Below, one piece after another: positions 55,181-64,000 of a DNA stretch of 64,000 nucleotides. The position numbers were made by a program, and so were the translations under genes. Under the pieces are notes generated by a model. That model ran no database searches. It was not told the DNA's origin and worked only from the letters and a program-made list of their open reading frames with translations. Position 1 is the first letter of the stretch, and each line of letters opens with the position of its first letter. Source of the DNA: Octopus vulgaris (Eukaryota); NCBI GenBank assembly GCA_951406725.2, contig OX597843.1, forward strand, positions 13,702,001-13,766,000. Reading direction: 5' to 3'.

Positions 55181-55998
55181 TGTTTATATATACTCTTTAC
55201 TCTTTTTCTCTTTTATTTGTTTCAGTCATTTGACTGCGGCCATGCTGGAGCACCGCCTTTAATTGAGCAACTCGACCCTGGCACTTATTCTTTGTAAGTC
55301 CAGTACTTATTCTATCTGTCTCTTTTGCCAAACCGCTAAGTGACGGGGACATAAACACACCAGCATCGGTTCTCAAGCAATGCTAGGGGGACAAACACAG
55401 ACACACAAACACACACACATACATATATATATATATACATATATATGACGGGCTTCTTTCAGTTTCCATTTGTCAAATTCACTCATAAGGCTTTGGTCAG
55501 CCCGAGGCTATAGTAGAAGACACTTGCCCAAGGTGCCATGCAGTGGGACTGAACCCGGAACCATGTGGTTGGTAAACAAGCTACTCACCACTCCTGTACC
55601 TATATATATATATATATATTTATGTAATGGAGAAATTGTACAAAATGGATGATGAGTAAAGCACCGGCACATTTTTGATTACCTGTTGTTAGCTGTAGGT
55701 TTACTGCAGGAACTTTGTAGGGGCAGTTAGGGTAACAGTATTGATAAAATAGGAGATGGAATGTGTAATAGACTTTATTGTGTACATGTTTCAACCTGTT
55801 TTGGGTCTCTTCAAGTACCTCAATAAAAAGTCTCACAAGAGATTTCCTCAGTCGGCCTGAGTACCGTTATATGTCCATCAAATTCGAGAATTAGTAAAAA
55901 TCAGAGTAAAATTATTGAAACACAAAAGATTCAAATATGAAGGTTGAAAGAAATACAGTCTAGTTTAGAGAAAATGATGGAATCAGCTTTTGCTGATA

Positions 55999-58417
55999 TA
56001 CATGGTAGCTAGACCTAGTAGAAATAGCAGCCAAATCTCTCTCAAATCACACCCTACTCTCTTATGTATGTATATATGTATGTATGAGCCAATGAGGGAG
56101 ACCTCTACATGGTAGCTAGACCTGGTAGAAATAGCAGCCAAATCTCTCTCAAATCACACCCTACTCTCTTATGTATGTATATATGTATGTATGAGCCAAA
56201 GAGGGAGACCTCTACATGGTAGCTAGACCTGGTAGAAATAGCAGCCAAATCTCTCTCAAATCACACCCTACTCTCTTATGTATGTATATATGTATGTATG
56301 AGCCAATGAGGGAGACCTCTACATGGTAGCTAGACCTGGTAGAAATAGCAGCCAAATCTCCCTCAAATCACACCCTACTCTCTTATGTATGTATATATGT
56401 ATGTATGAGCCAATGAGGGAGACCTCTACATGGTAGCTAGACCTAGTAGAAATAGCAGCCAAATATCCCTCAAATCACACCCTACTCTCTTATGTATGTA
56501 TATATGTATGTATGAGTCAATGAGGGAGACCTCTACATGGTAGCTAGATCTGGTAGAAATAGCAGCCAAATCTCCCTCAAATCACTCCCTACTCTCTTAT
56601 GTATGTATATATGTATGTATGAGCCAATGAGGGAGACCTCTACATGGTAGCTATACCTGTTAGAAATAGCAGCCAAATCTCCCTCAAATCACACCCTACT
56701 CTCTTATGTATGTATATATGTATGTATGAGCCAATGAGGGAGACCTCTACATGGTAGCTAGACCTAGTAGAAATAGCAGCCAAATCTCCCTCAAATCACA
56801 CCCTACTCTCTTATGTATGTATATATGTATGTATGAGCCAATGAGGGAGACCTCTACATGGTAGCTAGATCTGGTAGAAATAGCAGCCAAATCTCCCTCA
56901 AATCACTCCCTACTCTCTTATGTATGTATATATGTATGTATGAGCCAATGAGGGAGACCTTTACATGGTAGCTATACCTAGTAGAAATAGCAGCCAAATC
57001 TCCCTCAAATCACACCCTACTCTCTTATGTATGTATATATGTATGTATGAGCCAATGAGGGAGACCTCTACATGGTAGCTAGATCTGGTAGAAATAGCAG
57101 CCAAATCTCCCTCAAATCACACCCTACTCTCTTATGTATGTATATATGTATGTATGAGTCAATGAGGGAGACCTCTACATGGTAGCTAGATCTGGTAGAA
57201 ATAGCAGCCAAATCTTCCTCAAATCACACCCTACTCTATATATGTATGTATGAGCCAATGAGGGAGACCTCTACATGGTAGCTATACCTGTTAGAAATAG
57301 CAGCCAAATCTCCCTCAAATCACACCCTACTCTCTTATGTATGTATATATGTATGTATGAGCCAATGAGGGAGACCTCTACATGGTAGCTAGACCTGGTA
57401 GAAATAGCGGGCAAATCTCCCTCAAATCACACCCTACTCTCTTATTTGTGTATATATGTATGTATGAGCCAATGAGGGAGACCTCTACATGGTAGCTATA
57501 CCTGTTAGAAATAGCAGCCAAATCTCCCTCAAATCACACCCTACTCTCTTATGTATGTATATATGTATGTATGAGCCAATGAGGGAGACCTCTACATGGT
57601 AGCTATACCTGTTAGAAATAGCAGCCAAATCTCCCTCAAACAACACCCTACTCTCTTATGTATGTATATATGTATGTATGAGCCAATGAGGGAGACCTCT
57701 ACATGGTAGCTAGACCTGGTAGAAATAGCGGGCAAATCTCCCTCAAATCACACCCTACTCTCTTATTTATGTATATATGTATGAGCCAATGAGGGAGACC
57801 TCTACATTGTAGCTAGACCTGGTAGAAATAGCAGCCAAATCTCACTCAAATCACACCCTACTCTCTTATTTATGTATATATGTATGTATGAGCCAATGAG
57901 GGAGACCTCTACATGGTAGCTATACCTGATAGAAATAGCAGCCAAATCTCCCTCAAATCACACCCTACTCTCTTATGTATGTATATATGTATGTATGAGC
58001 CAATGAGGGAGACCTCTACATGGTAGCTAGATCTGGTAGAAATAGCAGCCAAATCTTCCTCAAATCACACCCTACTCTCTTATGTATGTATATATGTATG
58101 TATGAGCCAATGAGGGAGACCCCAACATGGTAGCTAGACCTGGTAGAAATAGCAGGCAAATCTCCCTCAAACCACACCCTACTCTCTTATTTATGTATAT
58201 ATGTATGTATGAGCCAATGATTGAGACCTCTACATGGTAGCTAGACCTGGTAGAAATAGCAGCCAAATCTCCCTCAAACCACCCCCTACTCTCTTATTTA
58301 TGTATATATGTATGTATGAGCCAATAAGGGAGACCTCTACATGGTAGCTAGACCTGGTAGAAATAGCAGCCAAATCTCACTCAAATCACACCCTACTGTC
58401 TTATGTATGTGTATATG
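55999..58417 (+). repeat. 107-bp tandem array (about 22 units)
   Basis: Unit tacatggtagctagacctggtagaaatagcagccaaatctccctcaaatcacaccctactctcttatgtatgtatatatgtatgtatgagccaatgagggagacctc; period measured 56106->56213. Confidence 0.97.
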
Positions 58418-58419
58418 TA

Positions 58420-59682
58420 CGAGGGGCGTTCAATAAGTAATGCCCCTGACCCACTTGCAGTTGTTTGATCTAGCTGAAATTTTGCATGTGCGCCTACTTA
58501 TACCCCTATAAATTAAGTGGCGAATTACATCTCTGAACTAATTGTGGTTTCTGATTTACAGGTGTTTGAACTGAGTCAAGTGTGAAATTGAACCTGTTGA
58601 GTGTCGAGCAGTGATCTGGTTTTTGTATTTGAAAGGACGCACACCACGGGAGACTTTTGATGAAATGAAAGTAACTTATGGTGATGATGCCCCATCATAT
58701 GACCTCGTAAAACGCTGGCATTGTGAATTCAAACATGGTCGGAACCCTGTGGAAACAGCTCCCAGATCTGGTCGCCCCCTTCTGCCGTTGATGAGACGTC
58801 TGTCCGTCAAGTTGAGGCTGCCATTTTGGAAGGTCACCGCATAACTATTCGCCAAACAGCCCATAAGGTCAAGATTAGTACTGGGTCTGTGGAAACTATC
58901 ATTCATGACCATTTGCATATGCAAAAGGTGTCTGCCAGATGGATTTCCAGGTTGCTCACACCTTTCCAGAAGCAAGAACGCGTTGAGTGCTCGAGGATGA
59001 ATTTGGAGATGTGCCAAGAAGATGAGTCAAAATTTTTCAAAAGACACAGGATAAAACCTGGGTCCATCACTATGATCCATAGACCAAAGCCCAGTCAATG
59101 CAGTGAAAGCACCGTGACTCACCTCCTCCAAAGAAGGCAAGGGTGCAGCCTTCTGCTGACAAGGTTATGCTCACAGTCTTCTGGGACCAGGACGGAGTAG
59201 TGATGACAGATTTTCTGGCAAAGGGTACCACAATTACAGGAGCCTATTATGCTTCACTTTTGAGGAAATTAAGAGAAGCTATCAAAATCAAGAGGCGGGG
59301 CAAGATCAGCAAAGGCATCCTCCTCCTGCAGGACAACGCTCCGGTCCACAACTCGCGTGTCGCCAGATCAGAAGCACAGGCGTGCAGCTATGAACTCCTC
59401 CCCTTGCACCCTCTGATTTTCACCTCTTCCCAGTCATGAAGTTGATTTTGAAAGGAAAGCGTTTCCCAGATGATGCAGCCTTGATTTTTGAAGTCACGTC
59501 ATGGTTGGAGGACCAAGCTGGGGTCTCCTACAAAAACGGTCTCCAGAGCTGCATCAAACGATGGGAGAAATGCATAACTCTGGGTAGTTCCTATGTAGGA
59601 AAAGACTAATAACTGTGCCAAGTGTCGTTGCTCTACTGCTATGGGAAGTGGGTCAGGGGCATTACTTATTGAACGCCCCTCG
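58420..59682 (+). mobile_element. Full-length decayed mariner (DD34D) element
   Basis: TA TSDs; TIRs CGAGGGGCGTTCAATAAGTAATGCCCCTGACCCACTT; transposase remnants RSGRP, KVSARWISRLLT, KVMLTVFWD, LLQDNAPVH and LAPSDFHLFP with frameshifts. Confidence 0.93.
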
Positions 59683-60286
59683 TATGTATGAGTCAATGAG
59701 GGAGATTCTCTTAACAGATTCAACAGCAAAACCTGATTCCATCAGAAAAGGAAGTTGAAAGGAAGATAATTCTTTGATGAAAATTATATATATACACTGT
59801 CTAGGAGAATTTTAGTTGAATGAATCAACCCCTAGTTCTTATTTTTCAAAGTATGGTAATTATTCTATCAGTCTCTTTTGCTGGACCACTAATTTACAGG
59901 AATATAAACACTGTCAAGCAGTGGTGGGAATAAACACAGACACACACAAACACACACACATACATACATTCATACATACATACATACACATATATACACA
60001 CATGCATACATACATACATACACACATACATACATACACACATACATACATACATACACACACATACATACATACATACATACATACATAAATCTGTTAT
60101 CTTTTACTTGTTACAGTCATTAGCCTGTGGCCATGCTGTGGCCACTTTGGACAACTCCTTTTAGTCGAATGAGCTGGTCCCAGTATTTATGTTTGTGTTA
60201 AGCCTGGTATATATTCTATCAGTCTCTTTTACCAAACTGCTAAGTTATGGAGACGTAAACACACATATATACAAGCATATATACAC

Positions 60287-61015
60287 AAGCCAATGAGGGA
60301 GACCTCTGCATGGTGGCTACACCTGTTAGAAATAGCAGCCAGATCTCCCTCAAATCACACCCTACTCTCTTATGTATGTATATATGTATGTATGAGCCAA
60401 TGAGGGAGACCTCTACATGGTAGCTAGACCTGGTAGAAATAGCAGTCAAATCCCCCTCAAATCACACGCTACTGTCTTATCTATGTATATATGTATATAT
60501 GAGCCAATGAGGGAGACCTCTACATGGTAGCTAGACCTGGTAGAAATAGCAGCCAAATCTCCCTCAAACAACACCCTACTCTCTTATGTATGTATATATG
60601 TATGTATGAGCCAATGAGGGAGACCTCTACATGGTAGCTAGACCTGGTAGAAATAGCAGTCAAATCCCCCTCAAATCACACGCTACTGTCTTATCTATGT
60701 ATATATGTATATATGAGCCAATGAGGGAGACCACTACATGGTAGCTAGACCTGCTAGAAATTACAGCCAAATCTCCCTCAAATCACACCCTACTCTCTTA
60801 TGTATGTATATATGTATGTATGAGCCAATGAGGGAGACCTCTACATGGTAGCTAGACCTGGTAGAAATAGCAGTCAAATCCCCCTCAAATCACACGCTAC
60901 TGTCTTATCTATGTATATATGTATATATGAGCCAATGAGGGTGTCCTCAACATGGTAGCTAGATCTGGTAGAAATAGCAGCCAAATCTCCCTCAAATCAC
61001 ACCCTACTGTCTTAT
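60287..61015 (+). repeat. Second block of the 107-bp tandem array (about 7 units)
   Basis: Same unit as 55999-58417; variant cagtc recurs at 60443, 60657 and 60871 (214-bp period). Confidence 0.95.
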
Positions 61016-61932
61016 ATATTTCAGTTGATGAAAGTATTTGAAAATCCCAGGAGATTCTTGTGGTAGTGGTGTTGTGATCCGGTGTATAGGACAATCATTG
61101 CTGAGGGGAAGGGCCTGCAGAACTGTCACTGAATACTTAAGGGATTATGTGGAGATACAACCAATCCAGGGAGTGGGGGGATTGCAATGTTGTGTGAATG
61201 TAGTTCCTTGTTTTTGTGTGTTGACTGTGACCTTGAGCATGATAAGAGGGTCTACCATGTTGTTTAACCCTAGGTCAATACTGATCCACTAGACTTATGA
61301 TGGCGGCTGTTAAAACTATGATTGTCTTGATTTCAATTCAGCCCTAGTCTACCTTGGACTATATAATTTAATGGGTCCTTCCAACTTTAAGACAGCTAAG
61401 CAATGATTTCAGGGAGATTTAGCTGCTATTTCTTGTGAAGTAAGGTACCACATAAAAGTTACTCACCAAATTTTGATGATGATGATGATGACAATGGCAA
61501 AGATAGCAACAATTACGATGATGATGGTAATGATAGTGGTGGTAGTACTGGGGGTGGTGGTGATGATGGTAATGATAGTGGTGGTAGTACTGGGGGTGGT
61601 GGTGATGATGGTAATAGTGACAATGATGGTGGTAGTAGTTGGTGGTGGTGATGACAATGATGATAGCAGTGATGCTGGTGACAGTGATGATGATGATGAT
61701 GATGATGGTGATGGTGAATGTGATGGTTGTGGTGGTTGTGGAGGCGGTGGTGGTGGTGTTAAGTAGAACACAACGAATCGCCCCCAGAGGCTCTGTGTGA
61801 AGGAAGTAAAACAGCAGACTATTTTCTTAGGACACCCAAGAGAGAGAGAGGAGGGGGGTGCAACGGGGGGGGGGGTCGGGGAGAGGGGGAGAGAGAAGAT
61901 AACATTTCACTGTTGTCATGTTGACGTGGGTG

Positions 61933-61979
<47 letters not shown>

Positions 61980-62386
61980 ATATAACCTCATATATACATA
62001 GATATATTCCCCCCCTCACACCCTCTCCACCCCTATATGACTCCTTTTTTCCTTTTTCTTTTTGAAGTGTCTTGAAGTGCACAGATGAAGCTATAAATAA
62101 TGCCGTGTAAATATTGAGCTGAGAAAACTATTTTGGACCAAAAAAACAAATCGGTTTCTAAAATGGATTGAGAAATTCAAAGGATTGCTTTGGTCCGATG
62201 GTAGAACATCTGTCATGTTCAAAGAAGATGTAGGTTTGAGCCTCACTTGTAGCCTCTTTCACTTTTACTCTCCAAATGGTTTTCCAACCCAACATTTCCA
62301 TGGTTCTATTTATTAGCTTCATGTGTGTGCTTCAAAATCCACCATTTCCAAAAAAATGATTTTTTTACATTCTTTGAAGAATTTAT

Positions 62387-62809
62387 GGATCTTTTCAGTT
62401 TGAACGGCAGTTTTTTCTAGCGGTGTCATATGAAATTATCACCCATAATTATGACCCTAGTATCGATTTATTGCATTTCAATCTGTTTTAGGGTCAGGGT
62501 TAGGGTTAGGGGTAGGGGGAAGGGTATCTTTTTTTCTTCAGAAATGTAAATAAACCCAATCTGTTTCTTAAACAAGGGACATATTCATACGGCACGGAAT
62601 GTTTTCACCTCAATAGACGTCATTGATTGGTTGAAATTGCAGACATGGAAGAAAAACAACAACAAATATCTTACAAACTATAGAATTTTCTCAATAAAAC
62701 CTAGAGAAAAAGATGTTTTATAAACACATTCTACCAGTATACGAAGTTTAAAAGTGTTTAGTTACGTGGAAATTATTTTAAAAAACTGCCGGTCAAACCG
62801 AAAAGATCC
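62387..62809. mobile_element. MITE with GG-initiated TIRs and an about 8-bp TSD (Merlin- or hAT-like), containing TTAGGG repeats
   Basis: TIRs GGATCTTTTCAGTTTGAACGGCAGTTTTTT / AAAAAACTGCCGGTCAAACCGAAAAGATCC; flanks gaatttat / aaatttat. Confidence 0.75.
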
Positions 62810-64000
62810 AAATTTATTATAAAAAGGCATAGCTGTGTGGTCAGGAAGCCCACTTTGCAGCCAGTTGGTTTTGGGTTCAGTCCCACTGTGTGGTACCTTG
62901 GGGATACTATACTGTCAGACTAATCAATGCCCTAGACATGGAAACTGAAAGGAAGCCTGTTCTACTGGGCTGTCCCTGTGATTCAGATACCAAGTAACCA
63001 GCTCCAAAAGATGATCCTCTTCAGCAAGACTGAGACGGAAAGTTGGCCTCTTCATCTTGCATAAGCTTGTTTTGCTGCTGGCCTCAAGTGGCCTCTCATT
63101 TTGTGTAGGGTCCTTCCCATTTGGGGTGAGGGTCCCTGGCTATTAATAGGAAGGCATGGAGGTCTGTGTGTGATGCTGGAGTAGAACTCCTTTCACACTG
63201 AATGAAGGAGGCTGCATGAAGAGATCGGGGGTGAGGGGGGTGTTGAGACATCATCATCAACCCCTTGTGGCTGTCATCCGGGATCACTTTCAGTGCCCAC
63301 AGCAACACAGGATCTGGCTGCCTCGGATCAGCCTGGTCAGCCACGTCCCCTCTGCTGCCATGTACCTGACAATGGATGTCATGGGTCAACGCTATCATCT
63401 TTGATGGGTCGACATAAGCCATGTAAGCACAAACACACATATCACCATCACCATCATCATCATCATCTTTTAGCATCTGCTTTTCTTGCTGGCATGGGTT
63501 GGTCTGTTTGACTGAAAACTGGTTAACCGGGTGGCTGCACCAGGTTCCAATCTGATTTGGCATGGTTCCTATGGTTGGATGCCCTTCCTAATGCCAACCA
63601 CTCCAAGAGTATAGTGGGTGCTTTTTATGCGCCACCAACATAGGTTATGCAGCATTAGCATCGGCCCCAACTCTGCCCTCATTTGGCTTGACAGGTCTTC
63701 CCAATCACAGTGTATCACCAAAGGGGTCGGTCACTTGTCACTGCCTCCATGAGGCCCAACATTTGAATGGTGCCTGACTGGCTCCTGTGCCAGTAGCACG
63801 TAAAAAGCACCCACTACACTCTTGGAGTGGTTGGTGTTAGGAAGGGCATCCAGCTGTAGAAACACTGCCAGATCAGATTCGAACCTGGTGCAGCCTTCTG
63901 GCTTGCCAGTCCTTAGGCAAACTGTCCAACTCATGCCAACAGGGAAAATGGACGTTAAGTGATGATGATGATATATATATATATATATAAGGCGGCGAGC

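Noticed and set aside
55999-58417. CRISPR-like array, and resemblance of GCTAGAAATAGC to the sgRNA scaffold
   Set aside because: Head-to-tail near-identical units with no unique spacers, no cas genes and a eukaryotic context; the match is only a short GAAA-tetraloop hairpin.
61461-61800. Possible first exon (gtgagt donor at 61461-61466 on the minus strand) or TM-like ORF 61463-61771
   Set aside because: Low-complexity (CAT/CAC)n sequence; the donor coincides with the edge of a decayed repeat copy, so there is no independent support.
63096-63420. PKWEGPY motif suggesting a Gypsy integrase GPY/F domain
   Set aside because: Only a 7-residue match with no other integrase motifs or LTRs; may be a decayed retroelement but cannot be classified.

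Overview
Repeat-saturated animal genomic DNA, most likely an octopus/coleoid cephalopod (inferred from the SINE families and microsatellite load; not verifiable here). Nearly all listed ORFs are microsatellite or repeat artefacts. The one host gene I can support is a minus-strand GAP1-family Ras GTPase-activating protein (RASAL1/RASA4-like). Three phase-compatible exons encode its first C2 domain (22358-22414, 1955-2068, 649-710); its expected first coding exon was not found. The rest is intronic or upstream DNA filled with tRNA-derived SINEs, RTE, CR1-group and R4/Dong-like LINE pieces, Helitrons (one with a PIF1 helicase remnant), two full-length decayed Tc1/mariner elements, MITEs and microsatellites. 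The most interesting signals are non-coding. (1) At least eight unrelated Penelope-like repeat families carry type I hammerhead ribozyme motifs, including a G3-C8 core-swap variant; several sit in long near-perfect palindromes whose minus-strand copy carries an extra core or helix III mutation. (2) A 107-bp tandem array has a monomer that can be drawn as an HDV/CPEB3-like double pseudoknot. (3) An intron-containing pre-tRNA-Lys(UUU) copy is fused to a CR1 3' end. (4) A young CR1-group LINE shares its 3' stem-loop, with a compensatory change, with the dominant SINE. All RNA folds were drawn by eye and need computational and biochemical testing.
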